Shown piece by piece: positions 34,901 to 49,231 of a DNA stretch of 64,000 nt. The stretch is from positions 78,239,498 through 78,303,497 of the forward strand of contig NC_068990.1 in NCBI RefSeq assembly GCF_001194135.2. Reading direction: 5' to 3'. The position numbers and the translations under genes are program-made. This DNA comes from Octopus bimaculoides. Taxonomy: Eukaryota. A model generated the notes under the pieces. That model was given only the letters and a program-made list of their open reading frames with translations, was not told where the DNA came from and made no database searches. The number at the start of each line of letters is the position of its first letter. Position 1 is the first letter of the stretch.

Positions 34901-37900
34901 AACACAGGGGTCCTTCAGAACCATTATTTAATTCCTATTTCATGTTTTGAAGTTAAATTAAGGATATACTTTGATAACACGTATTTTCTAACAACTAAAA
35001 ATAGTGTCAATATAGAATAAAGTGCTCTACTTAGAAAAAAATGTTATCAATAGATTTGCATTCCTGACATTTGAGCAGGTATTACAATGCTTAACTCTTC
35101 AACCATTGTGCTTAAAACTGATTGGAGGTAAGAACTGAAATAGCTGACAAGAAAAGATAACCCAACCTGCCTTTTCTTATCAAAATGAAATAATTGAAGA
35201 GTTTGAAGAGTAGTATTACAGCTAAAATGTACACATTCTTTTACACGTTTCAGCCCAAAGGCTGTGGCCATGCAGATAAAATTTTGGAGAACAACTAACA
35301 CTGCATAAAAGCTGAGAAAAGACAACATATAGCTGAACAAAATACATAAATTGTATATATTAGCAGTGAAGATCTCACAACATTTAGGTGCTAAAAAAAA
35401 CCATGAAAAAGCAACATGCTGCAGAGTATGTTGAAGAAAACATTCCAAAGCCTATATAAAGTAGATATCATCTATAATAGTAGATGAAAGGGGGATTTAG
35501 AAATCCAAGCTATCATCTGTCAACATTCCCAAAACTTCACAAAACTGTTACACCCAGAGTTTCACATGACCATTCATCAGACAGTTGTGATAATATGAAA
35601 TAATAAATTTATGTGAATATATTTAATATAGTATTTAGTGGACTATGAATAAGCATTTCAATCTGATTGAGTACTCTGCTTTGGTCAACCCTCTCTGACA
35701 GCTATTAATTTTAAATTAGTTACTCATTGAGATGGAAGCATTTATTTGTTGAACTGTATCTACTAAAGACTAGTATATATACTCAAAAAATTTTATTCCA
35801 TATTATTACAACTGTCTGATGAATGATCATGTGAAACTGAGTAACAATTTTGCAAAGTTTTTTTGGCTTTAATAAAATAGTATACTCTTCTTCCTTTGGT
35901 GTTCAAAGTTATTTTTCCCCACTTGTGTGTGTGTGTGTAGTTTGCTGTATGGTGCCTTAAGCAATTATTGTTGCTTGGTTATTACTTTCACATAGATTTA
36001 AGGCATTAACATACAATCACATTGATACACATAGAGTGAGAGGATAACATACAAAGCTGGCAAGTGACAACAGATTTAAAAAAACAAAAAAAACAACAGT
36101 GATATTTTTCTGCGTCCAGGAAAAATCTGTGGGTACTGGATACAGTGATGCTAAGGTGGTGGAAAGGGGTGGCAGGGGAGAAAAAAGTAACATACCTTCC
36201 CAATTGTTGAACCATTCTCAGCAGTTATAGGTTTGTTTATTTTTGTATTTTTTATATCTATATATATATAAACCAGGTGGATGATCCAAAAGGGCAAATC
36301 CCTTAGATTTATCTCCCTTATGTGAGAGAAGAGAACAAAAGAGAGAAAAAGGGTGGCTTTAGAAGAAGAAGAAGAAATTTGAAGCCAAACTTTAGCAGTA
36401 AAACTAGAGTTATTGAATGCTTTAAGTTCAATTTCTTTTCAAAGATTTCCATTTAATTTTTTTTTTAATTGCATAATACTCATTCATAAACACACACACA
36501 TCATCATTTAACATCCACTCTTCTCTGCAGGTATGGGTTAGATGAAATTTGTTGAGGCAAATATTCTATGGCTGGGTGCCCTTTCTGTCACCAACCCTCA
36601 CCTGGTTCCCAAGCAAGGTAATAATATTTCCCCATGACCAGACATGTTTTCCAAGGATGATAGGAAACGGAACAACACTGCATGTATGACAGTGAAGCTC
36701 ATTTACAACCTGAGGTTAAGATACCAATATATAAATATGACAGGCTTCTTTCAGTTACCCAATCTATTTATAAGGGGTTTGATGATCTGGGGCTATAGTA
36801 GAAGACACTTGTCAAAGGTACCATTCAATGGGACTGATTTCATGATTGGGAAGTAAGCTTCTTAACTACACAGTCACACCCGTGGTTAAAAAGCTTGCAT
36901 GCATGTGTGTGCACACAAAAAAAAACCTATTTACAATAATTCCACATCCACAACATGGAATTATCATTTACTTCTTTTGATAATATGCCCTCTGCAATAT
37001 TAGGACAGGAATCTGCTGTAGAGTTAAATGTTAAAGTTGAAATATTTAAAATACTTTACAGTATTTCTGAGTGAAACTTATCCTTTGTTTTTCTTGAAAT
37101 TGCAGAAAAGGTAACTTCAAATTAATTTCTTCAAAAGTTGTAACAACAAAAATGAGTTAAAAATACAAATGAAGAAATTTCGTGAAGAGGAATTGCCACT
37201 GAAGGTCTATTTGGATATGGGACTGTTTTACTTGATAACATATTCTTCTGCTAGCAGGATGATAAGTAAAGTGGATTTGTTAATTAATGAACATCAACAG
37301 AATAAGAGCCCTCACCATATTGATTTCATAAGATATTTTCTCTTGTACAGAAGAGTTTTATTCATACCCACCCTTGCATTTTTCTGTGGCCACAGCAGAG
37401 AATTGAAAACCTACCAAGTAACAGGGTCGGTGAAAACAGGTTGAAATTGACTCACAAGAGGAGGGCATTTATTCTAAATATGAAGGGATACATTAAAAAG
37501 GAACTTTGTTTAGTCCTATCACAGTCGTAGTGGAAATGAAAATGCAGTCTGTCTACAGAGTGAAGTGGTTGGTGATAAGAAGAGTACTCAGCCATAAAAA
37601 CTTTGTCTGAAACGGAACAAATGAAGGAGACACAGACTTTGGAAGTTGTAGTGCAAACAAAGTATCAGGAACTTGGAATAAAAACTGATATAAAGTAGAA
37701 AGGACTATTGTTGGCATGATAAAATGCACCCAATTCACACATGATAGAAAAGACACCCAATCCAGCCCCCCCCCCCGAAAAAAAAACCATGAAAACAAAA
37801 TGTTGATGTTCTCTGTAGCTGTATGTAGTAGTTTATAAGAGGCTACAGCACAAAGTAAGATGCTTTGAGGCCCATTCATGTAAAGGAAAACACTTGTAAT

Positions 37901-39567
37901 AATGATCATAATATAGAGTGACCCATAATCCTTTGGACTATTGTTCTCACCTATTGGTCCCATAATGTTAATATCATAGCTGAACTGAAATCAATAGAAC
38001 AGCTCTACAAAAAAGATGGGCCCTATGCAACAGCTGAACAATTGGGAGAGATATGCAGCAATTTATATCAGAAAGATAACAGAGGGACTGGCACCTAACT
38101 TTGACAGAAAGCTATGCAAATCTACAAACCGAAATCCACAGCAGAGTGACCCAAAGTGCCACTTATTCCTTGCAGTGTTTGGAGCTAGATTCCATAATAA
38201 CTTGTGGCTTAAAGAGCTGCAGTTCTTCAATATCCTTTGCTAATATACATGAAGGATCAGTATGGAGTAAATGTCAACATAGTCTTCTAAGATCTTATAT
38301 GAATTTACATTACAACAAGAGACATAGGAAGGAATCAATACCAAGCTTACTTGCTTCTCCTTACAATACAAAACAGAACAAAAGCATTTATAGCAGTGCC
38401 CTAGCAATGGCTACATCCAACTGACTGTAAAGAATAAAGAGTTTGATGATAAAACATTGCTAAGCTTCTCACACATGAATGGTTTATTGCTTTCTAAAAC
38501 TAATTTTACATCTATTTTTCCATGTTAGCATAGGCAGAATTATTTTAGCCGTTACGGCATTTCTAATCATTCAATTGTGAAACTGGAACTGTCCTTATTT
38601 TCAATTTGCTTGGGAAGATTTTAACTCCTAGCTATGTGGTCAGTAGCCCAGAAACTTTATTCTTTCTGGCAATATGTTTCTCTAGTAAGAAAATGACAAA
38701 TTTATATGAGAGAAGACTTTCCCAAAAGTGACCATACATGTGAGATTTCATTTGTTTTAAGTAAATGATGAAACATTTTGGAGGCTACTCAGAATTCTTG
38801 TGCATCTATTACAATAATGTAGAGTTAGAGCAGAATGTAGTTCTTTGTACAGAAAAAAAAAAAAATACAATTATGTATATAATCAGAGTTTTGGTATTTT
38901 ACAAAGAAAGAAATTTAAGAACAAGTGCAGACATTGCTGTGTAGTTGAGAAGTTCACAGTTCCAGGCTTGATCCTAATGTATAGCAAATATCGTCTATCT
39001 TGGCTTTGAGTTGACCAGTATTTAATGAGAGGAATCTGCTAAACAGGGACTGTGTAGAGGCCTGTTATGTGTGTGTGTGTGTGTGTATGAATGTATGTGT
39101 ATATTTGTTTTACTTGTTTCAGTTGTTTGACTACAGCCATGCTGGAGCACCACCTTAAAGGGTTTTTTAGTTGAAGAAATTGACTCCAGGACTTATTCTT
39201 TGTAAGCCTAGTACTTTATTGATTCCTTTTGCTGACCCATTAAGTTATGGGGATGTAAAAAAATCAACATTGATTGTCAAGAGATGTGGGGAGGGGGGAC
39301 GGCAACACAGACACAAAGACACACACAGTTTCTGTCAACCAAATCCACTCACAAGGCTTTAGTAGAAGACACTTGCCCAAGGTGCCACACAGTAGGACTG
39401 AACCTGGAACCATGTGGTTGGGAAGCAAGCTTCTCACCACACAGCCACACCTGCACCTATATATATTTGTTTTAATGCCCGTCAATCCATGCTAGTATTG
39501 GTTAAACAATACATATTGAGGCATTGTTTTACAGTAAGACACACTTCATGTTGCTAACATTTACTTC

Positions 39568-39621
<54 letters not shown>

Positions 39622-42600
39622 TTGGCCTTAGTAAAAAGGTTAGTTTCAACAGCTGATAATGACATACTATCAATTAATTTCCTTAAAACCCCCAAAAAGT
39701 CATACATTACTGAACGGCAGCAAACAACCATTGTGTGAAAAGGGAGAGGTTCAGTGGCTCAGTGCAAAAAGTATTTAAACCTAATTGATTACACTGAGCT
39801 GAATCTCAGCAATCAAAGAGAATATGTTGATTAACCCTTTAGTGTTTAAACTGGCTGTATCCGGCCCAGATATTCTACACATTTTATGCTCAAACTGGCC
39901 AGAACCAGCCTCTCACACCTGCCTTGCAATGTCATTCTAAAAATAAGCAATTACATCTTTCCTATCTTGAAGCTACAAAATAATATCAGATAAATTTTTT
40001 TAAATGTGAATAAATAAGGATTACTTCTGACAAATTAATCTGAATGCTAAAGGGTTAAAGTCTCTAATTTAAAAAAAATGAGTCAAATGTGCCGAAGATG
40101 GTTAAATAGACTAGGATTAGCTTCTCGCTATTTGAACATTGGACTGTTTCCTCTCAGACTGGAGACACACCGTTAGTGACTCTAGCCTTATTTCAGAAAG
40201 TGCTGCAAACTACTAAGAAACTGCTACATCATATTTTGAGAACCTTTAAACCCAATACAAATTTAGGTAAGAACAAAAGAGAATTCTTCACTCCAATAAT
40301 CAAAAAGTAAAATTTTAACATAACCACAGTTTTCCTTTAGACAAAATTTGATGATTTTTATATTTGGTTTTGGGGGTTGAATTATCAATATATAAACTGG
40401 AGAAGGTATTTGTGTCTTTCAAATTTCAAACAACTCAACCAAGAGGCCATCAATATTTGTATTTATCTGCCAGTTGTTTCCTACAGAAGCTGCAAAATGT
40501 TTGTATCATAAGCAACTCACTATACATTATTGTTATTACTTTATTGACTCTCAATAAAGCATCTTAACTTCAAAGTAAAAGACCAGTTCTCTGTTTTCAT
40601 GACCAAAGCAAATAAATTTCTATGTTTTGACTTGGAACTACAAAGTGCCTTAATCATTCAGTTCCTATTTGATGAGCTAAAATGCCGAGACACGACTTAA
40701 CAGCAGCAACAAAAGAAGCGTCTGGAATCTTTCAAAGTCAGTTCTTAAGATTTTTCTTTCCACTTTGTTAATAAGTTTCCACAATCAACAATAAAATAGA
40801 TTCTTAATATCAATTCTAGAGCAACTGTCATATCTGTATAAGAGGTGTAACTAATATTATAATGCTGCCAGAGTTGAATTTGCCTTTCATATGTCAGGGA
40901 TACAGTAAAATATGAAATACTGGGAGGGATTGGAAGATTAAATTGAGCTCTTTTTCAAAAACGCCTTTTGCAAAAGTTAGAAATTATAATTAAAGCAATG
41001 GAGTAGAAGATACAGATCAGTGGACAAAGTGATTTATAGTGTTTAGGGATATCTCTCAAGGTTCTAGGTTCAAATTTTAATTTTTCTCTCACCAGAGTTA
41101 ATAAAATGTGCTTCTGTCATGTACTACCATTGAATCAGTAAATATTGATTCTTATTTTATATTGTAATTGGTAAACAATAGTGTTGGTTATAAGTTTGAA
41201 CAAGCTAATCACATTTTCACAGAATTTTTGACAGCAGCACTGTAAAATACCTCATTAGTAAATCACTAGTTTTCCCCCATTTTGGAGGAAGACGTTTATA
41301 TTCACTGAAAAATATACATTTATCAATGAAATCTCACTTGCAAGGGATAGGCCAACCTGAGATTAGGATAGAAGGCACTTGTCTGAGATATGCAATGACA
41401 TTATACTTGGAAGCATGTAGATGTGAAGAGAACTTCTCAAGAGAACAACCAAGCCTGCAGTGTCAGTACAAGTTTGTTAGCTTATTGAATTTCATCTTTT
41501 AAAATTCAGACTTCAAATCCTGTTCAAGTCAACTATATTGTTCATCTCCAAGGGACAGTCAATAAAATTTGTACCAGTAATATACTTGCATTGACTGAAT
41601 CACTTGACCATTTCTATCAATTTATAGCCGTTGTCAATGTATCATATCACCAGTATTGATTCTGGTGTGTTAATATCATGGTCATCCTTCTTTTATCTTT
41701 ATGAAGAAATTATTAAGGAGTTACAGGTCTTCAGGATTGTGGCATAAAAGACATTACAATATTTAGTTTTATCGCTGCTGGAGCCAAGTATATTTCTCAT
41801 CAAGGTTAACTTATGCCTCATCTGTATCTCACGTTGGCATGGGTTTGATACTCTTCCTAATGCCAACCACCTAGCACCAGTCAGGTTGCCATGCAGCTTG
41901 CAAGATTACAAAGTTGAAGTTGGAAAGGGGAACAAATGTGCCGGGAAGATCGGGTTAAATGATGAGAGAAAGAGCTGTGAAGGAGCAAAATGGCTGCTCA
42001 CATTTTAGAAGAGAGAGAGAAAGAGAGGGGAGGGCATTGAAAAAAGGGAAATAAATGAGGTGTTAGAGTGGACTTTCCAGGGGGTATGAGGTAGATAGGA
42101 ATGGGTGAGGCAGCAGGGATGGTGGAAGTGAATGTGTAGAGAAAAGGATGGGGCAGCTGAATGAAAATGATACTGTAAACAGGAGGACAAAAAAGAGATG
42201 AGATGCTGGTGGATAAGGAAGAGAGGCAGGTGGAGTGTACGAGGAGAGTGAGTAGTATAATGGTGGGGGTGGGGGAGGAGAGATAATTTGGTGGCATTGG
42301 GAATGTATGGGTGATCAATGAAAATATGGATGGAGATCAATGTTAATGGATAAAAAGTAATGTGGTTCTGTACAAAAAGGAGGTAGCAAGGAAAAACTGA
42401 AGTTAGGGAATTCATATTTAACTCTACAGCAGATTCCTGTCGTAATATTGCAGAGGGCATATTATCAAAAGAAGTAAATTATAATTCTATGTTATTATTA
42501 TTATTATTATTAAGGCGATAGTGAAATTTCTTCTGGATCTTTACATCCTGAGTTCACTTTGCCTTTTACCCTTTCAGTACTGAGATTGATGTAATTGACT

Positions 42601-45600
42601 TGCCCCCTCCCCTCAAGACTGTTGGCCTTGTATCAAAATTATGAAGAATTATTATTATTATTATTCTAATTCTTGTTGTTATGTTTAGCCTGTTTACATT
42701 TGAACATCATAACTATCCATTTAAAAGCTATATTTAATTAGTATTTAGTTCCAACGTTAACAGTTTTCTAGCAAACATTAACAAACTGTACTGGGGCCTA
42801 GTTACTAGATTGGGGTAAAGCCACACCAAAAACATTTACCATATCAACTCTACAGCTACCTTGTTAACAAGACAAGAACAAAGCATTTCTCATCAAAAGT
42901 AATAAAAAAGACACACACAAAACAAAACAGAATAACCACAACAAGGTTTGAAACAGGAATCTAACTATCAGAAGCCAGATATCTTAAGCTCTATAAGCCA
43001 CCAAGCCTCCATATAACTACAGCAGCCACAAAATAGCTAAAGAATTTCTTTTTGTCATTTATTTTCAACTCTAAATGTTTGTATAGAATTTTGTTTGTTA
43101 ATTTGAAATCCTTCCAAAGAAACAAAAGGAAGAAAGAAAAGAAGGAGGAGATAAAAGGAAAAGAAAGATCAAAGAAAATAGATGTTTAAAGTAAAAGGAA
43201 GAATTAGGATTGGTAAAACTCACCATGGTATACTCGCAGGATGGCTTCACAGACAAATTTGTACTGACTCTACAAAGGAAAAAAAAAAAAAGAAAAAGAA
43301 AAGAAATGAAATCTTCAGGTTGTGTTTGTTTCTAGTTTAATAAATAATTCTAATGACATAAAAAAAAAAAAAGCTGGGTGTCAGAAAAATTGCTTTGCAG
43401 TGTTTCTTCTGACTCTTTCTGCTCTGAGTTGAAATCCTACTGTGGTCAACTTTGCCTCTCATTAGGACAATGAAATTCATCACTACCAGCATCACCACTA
43501 CCAGATCTTACTGCATCTAACGTTGACGACAACATCATAATTCATCCTTGCACATGTAAACTCAATAAGTGAATATGACTTAGTGTTCCTACAGAAACCT
43601 TATTCGATGTTTAATGTCGTTCCACATTCGTGTTGAATTATGCAGCAATCTTATGTTCTCTTCATAGAACACTTGTAATGTATGCAATCACCAGTTCTTT
43701 TGGTAGAGTAGATTCTTGCTATTCTTCTTTATGTCTCATTACAGACGTATAGATTCTAACAAGTCGCTTCTTAAATTTCGCACCTCTCTTGTTCAATAGA
43801 CACTGAGTTAAACTTGCAAAGCTGTTTATTTTCTCCTTTCGATTTTGAATGTTTATTTTAGTGGGTTACCAAACTATTAGTTTGGTCACCCGGCTAAAAT
43901 GGTAGTGACAAATTTTTAAGTTTGCTTGACATGTTATAAGTGTGAAAGGGATTAAAATTTCGATACTCCATATCAAAGGTTCCAACAAAAATAGGCAGAA
44001 AATTAGAGCTTGAGGCAAGAAGACACTTTCGACCAATCAGAATTCTGTTTACATAATCAGTTTGATTAGTCACCTTCCTCTGTCGATTGAATAAAGTGTC
44101 ATCCAAGTTGTTGTTTATTGGTAATTAAACTTAATTTGCAACACATGTGCAAATTCTTCAGCTTTGATTTTGTTGATAAGAATTATCAACAACTTTTCTT
44201 GTAATCATGATTTAAGAAGACATACAGCAGTATGCTAAAGATCAGACATAATCTCCTATGGGCAAGAAATGTAAAATAAAGTTTATCATAAACAACACAA
44301 ACACTTTGTAATTTAATAGCTTTTAGTGTGAAACCTGTTAAACAGAAATTATTTTTATTTAATGAAAATTTAATAAAATCTAATCATAAGTAAGTGAAAT
44401 TATGCTAAATACAACTAAATTGAAAACCTTTTTCCCCTGGCCATATCGGCAATTCTGAAAACTTTTGGGTGTAAATCTTACATGCGTAGAAGCTTTTTTT
44501 TAACAATTTTTATCTTGAAAATCACCTGCGTAAATTACACAGGTGTGCAAATTACAAGGGTTTTTATGGTAAATGCCTTGTAGTAATTATAATCATTTAT
44601 ACTCTTAGTTCAAATCCTATTGAAGTTAATTTACTTTGCTTTTATCCTCCTGGGGTTCAAACAATAAGTGCCAATCAAATGCTACAGTTCTATCTCAAAA
44701 TTTGTGCTCTTGTGCTAATGTTAGAAATAATTATTGTAAAAGTAATGGAGTAACAAAAACGTCCCCCAAAATGTTCAGACCGAGACCTTTGGAAATGGGC
44801 TGTGCGTGAGAAGACCCGGCAAGCCAAGTAAGATCGTTGCCAGTGCCCCTGGACTGGCTCTTGTGCGGGTGGCACATGAGATGCACCATTTTGAGCGTGG
44901 CCATTGCCAGTACCGCCTGACTGGCTCCCGTAGGATTTTCGAGTGAGATCGTTGCCAGTGCCCCTGGACTGGCTTGTGCGGGTGGCACATAAAAGACACC
45001 ATTTCGAGCGTGGCCGTTTTCGTGCGGGTGACACGTAAAAGCACCCACTACACTCTCTGAGTGGTTGGCGTTAGGAAGGGCATCCAGCTGTAGAAACTCT
45101 GCCAAATTAGATTGGAGCCTAGTGTTGCCATCTGGTTTCACCAGTCCTCAGTCAAATCGTCCAACCCATGCTAGCATGGAAAGCGGACGTTAAACGATGA
45201 TGATGATGATGATGATGATTAATTTACCTTAACTGAGCAGAATTAAAAAAATAAACCAACTCTGTACTTGTTTTCTAATAAAACATTGAAATTGTAGCAG
45301 TTTAGTGGTCAGTTTTTAATGAAGTGAATCTCAATGATTAACTAGAATCATATTTCACCTAATTATCTTGTGAAAGGCATTAACATTGCAATTGTTTTCC
45401 CTCATCACCAATTTACTTATTATCAGAAAAGATAGCAATACCATATTCAACAAAATGGAAAAAATTCTCAACTTTCAACATAGCACTTGATATTTTCAAT
45501 TTTTGAAATTTTATACATCCCTGTTTTTTCAAAAAAAATCTTTTTTTCACATTTTTATATCAATGTTAGCAAAGATTCAATTATTCTACAAATTTCAATA

Positions 45601-48600
45601 TATGGTTCCTAACAAAACACTGCATTTAAAAATTCTAGTGCTGAGTTAGGTAAATCATCTCTGATCAGGTATATTATCATTTGCAGCTAAGTAACCAACT
45701 GAAAGTTTGTAGTGAAATTAAACATTCTCGGCACATCAGCAGCTCTTTGTTGCATTCATCCATTGAACCTTTATAGAGCCATTTTAGGGTACAGGAATAG
45801 CTCTGTTAGCTCAAATGTATGGCATGAGGGTAACTAATTGAATGGTTGGTGGTGAGTTATGTAAACTCATCTAGCATATTGGATTCAGTGGAATCCAATA
45901 TTTTGCCATTTGATTACACTTCAGGCTGTAACCTAATTCAGTGTCACATCCATGATATTAAATTTTTGGAGTCGTATCAGTTTTTTTATCTTTCACAGCT
46001 AGAGGAAATCTTTGGAACAGAAAAACATTTAACTCTGAAGTCAAGACTGAATCCTAATTTTAAAAAAACTGGAGCTTTTAAAATAACATCATTGCAGTAG
46101 TGTTTGAAGTTGGTGATTCAGATCTTGTAGAAATTTAACAGAATTACTTTAGCTCTAACATGATATGCCATTCTTCACCAACATATTTTTATACTTACAG
46201 CTGTCTGTATAAGCATTGCTCGCTGATCTCTCATCTGGCGTACAATTGCAAGAGGAAATACAGTTTGATTGGCTTCCACTAAGCACATAGCTGTTTCCAT
46301 TGTAATTAGAACTCCTGTCCGACCAATTCCAGCGCTAGAAAAGGCAAAAAAGAGATTTCAATAATTAGAAACAAAAACCAGGATAGAAAAGATTAGATAA
46401 ATCAAAAATCATCGGTTATAACATTAAATTATCCTTTTATCATTTGATATACGAGAACTAACTTCATAAGATTTGGTTTAGCTGGCTTTCTACAGATCAC
46501 TCAGTTAATCCTGGTTTTGGCAACACTCTCTTACTACCTTGTTCAATCAATAGCATTTGACCCTCTTGTATATATCACAGTAAATAAGACTTTGATGTTT
46601 ACCCAGAAAGAAAATATAAACTGAAGAGAGTAAGCATACTTTGAGAGTGAAGAAAATCTTATGTAATAGTTGTTCAGCTTTTATGTTTACTGGTTGGTTG
46701 ATTATCAGCAGCCAACTTTGATACATATAACAATATCAGACAAAAAATTGTAGCTAGTGTATGCAGTCAGCCATTCTGATATGGAAAATTATGACTGGAG
46801 TAAGCAATCCTACATTTAGCAATAACTGAGACAATGAAACAAAATCCAGGCTGACTATAACTTTCTTATTTGGTTACTTTCCTCACTTTGAACCACCTGT
46901 CGAGTTTGCAATGATTTAGGAACCTCAAGATTTGATTCTTTTAAACATGTCAAGCTCTACAAAGTCTTTTCATGTTAGATGGCTTTCTCTCAATGGGGAT
47001 CTTATTTATATTGGATACTTGTCCAGGGTGTTTTCTAAGGAACACACACAGTGCAGCAGATGATAAGGACTTGTGGAACACTGATATTATGATTTTTCTT
47101 TTCTTTATTGTGTTTCTATTCATTAGTTGTTTCCACAACAGTGATATGAAATAATAACCATTATAGAGTCTCACAAGCAGATGCTTGTTATGGAAAGATT
47201 AAGTTATTGACGAGCTTTACATCGAGAAGATATGCACAGTTGAAATAATGAAGAACATAAAAGACCTACCTGCAATGCACCACAGTAGGCTCAACCATTC
47301 CAATCCTATTCTTCCGAACCCGGATCACAAAATCTAAAAAGTCAGCTGGATCATCAGGTACACCATGATCTGGCCAAGCAATGTACTGCATGTGTTTTAT
47401 ATGTCTCTCTTGGTTAGTCTACAAGTAAATAAATGTCATATTACATACATTAAAGAATTTCAGAAAAAGTTTATTAATTTTAGACAGAAACAAAACATTG
47501 AGGGTAGTGTAAGGAATTCAGCAAATACTAATAAACTTCCAACACCCAAGTTCTCTTACTTGAAGTCATTCCAACCCATGTTAATCTTTTTTATGTTTGT
47601 GCCTGCTTTTTTCCAGCTGGTATAGGTTTGACAAAACTCGAAGTAGTACTCTATGACCGAATGTTCTTCCTGTTGCTATCTTTGCACAATAAACCAGTCA
47701 ATGGTCAGATATGTTTTTACAGCAGGTATAGGCAATGACATCACTATCTAAACACACATGTATAGTTTCCATCAAACAATTTCCCCCACTGGGTGTTGGC
47801 CAGCTTGAGGCTGGTACCACACAGCAGGATCAAACCTGAAATAACATGGTTTGCAAAATCAAATTCTTAACAATACAACCATGGCCCTCCTCAGCAATAC
47901 AGAAAAGTAGCAATATAGAAAAGTAGCATATCTGTGTTACAGAAGATTATAATGTAGTGTAGTGGTACTTAGAACTCAAACTCCTGATATCATAGTAATG
48001 AGAAATAGCAGATGACCTTGAATTCATATAATGTCTGTAGCATGTTTCTAAAACATTTAAAAATTGTTTATTTCTGAAAAATCTTAATGCACACATGACA
48101 CATCACACACACACATTCTAGATTATCCAGCAAAAGGTAATCAACTTTTTAAGCAAGGCTGCACTCATTAGCACTTAAAAACTTAAACCCACAAGAAATC
48201 TCTTTTCTGCGCTTTCACTACTCTGCACTTGACCCCTCTGAACATGTTAATTACATCAGTCCCATGTTAAGGTCTTCTTGTCCCCAGCACGTTTGCTCAA
48301 TCCTTCCTTCCTATAGCTAAAATTATCTTGACCATCTGACCCATATCTTCTGGTCCAGCTAACCTGCAACAATTCAAACAAATTCTAACCAATTACCTTG
48401 AACATTTAGTTTAAGAGAGTTTGAAACGGGATGTGGGAACTGATAAATGAATAAATAGTATAATCACAATATCAAACTTGCCTCTACATGTGTTAATGTG
48501 AATTCTCTGAAAGCAAATGATATAGTTTCTTCTTCTTTGACACAAGTGATCTGTAAAATGCCAAAGTCAGTTGTTTCGTATAAGTCCGGCCAGTACTGGT

Positions 48601-49196
48601 GGCATTTCACCTGCAATGGAGAAGAAACATTAATTGTTGGTGTTAACACGAGTGTGTGAGGAGGGAATGAGTGAAAAGACAAAAACATGAGAGGAAAGTA
48701 AAACCAAATCAAAAGGAATAAAAAGAGTGAAGCTGTCAAATTTGTGACTAAAACAGCAATCATCATAAATCTAGCCATCATCTTTTGACAATGTCAGCCA
48801 CTGTTGCAAATCTTTTTTTCATCTCTACTTACTAACATGGATTGTCTGGACAGCATGAAAAGAAACAGCATACCTTGTTGCTAATTCAATATTTGATTGA
48901 AAACATTTTGTATTATGTGCACTGGATGCATAACAGGTACGTTAACGTTTGTGGGAATAGTTTGTTCTCTCTATGAATTTCATTTACTTTTCACATGTAT
49001 GGTTACCCACAGTACAATAGTATATGATGACAATTTTATGTCCCTGTCATTGTCATTATTAACATCACCAACTGTTCAGTATTCCAGCCAAAAGGGGAGC
49101 CTCAGTACAATTGCTTGCCTGTTAAAAATAGGAGTCAAATTTCCCTCAAATGACACCTTATCACAGACAAAAAATAAACATCACATTGGCTAATGC

Positions 49197-49231
<35 letters not shown>

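Noticed and set aside
35047-35448. 133-aa hydrophobic minus-strand ORF
   Set aside because: Starts at a non-ATG codon, no motifs, no supporting exons.
37553-37963. 136-aa hydrophobic minus-strand ORF as a nested membrane-protein gene
   Set aside because: No recognisable family, no consistent splice chain, runs through G and T homopolymers; T-rich DNA yields hydrophobic ORFs by chance. A BLASTX hit would reopen it.
40660-40735. Alternative PTPN4 last exon ([10 protein letters not shown] or [11 protein letters not shown]...GTE*)
   Set aside because: Acceptors lack a pyrimidine tract; two mutually exclusive readings; no homology support.
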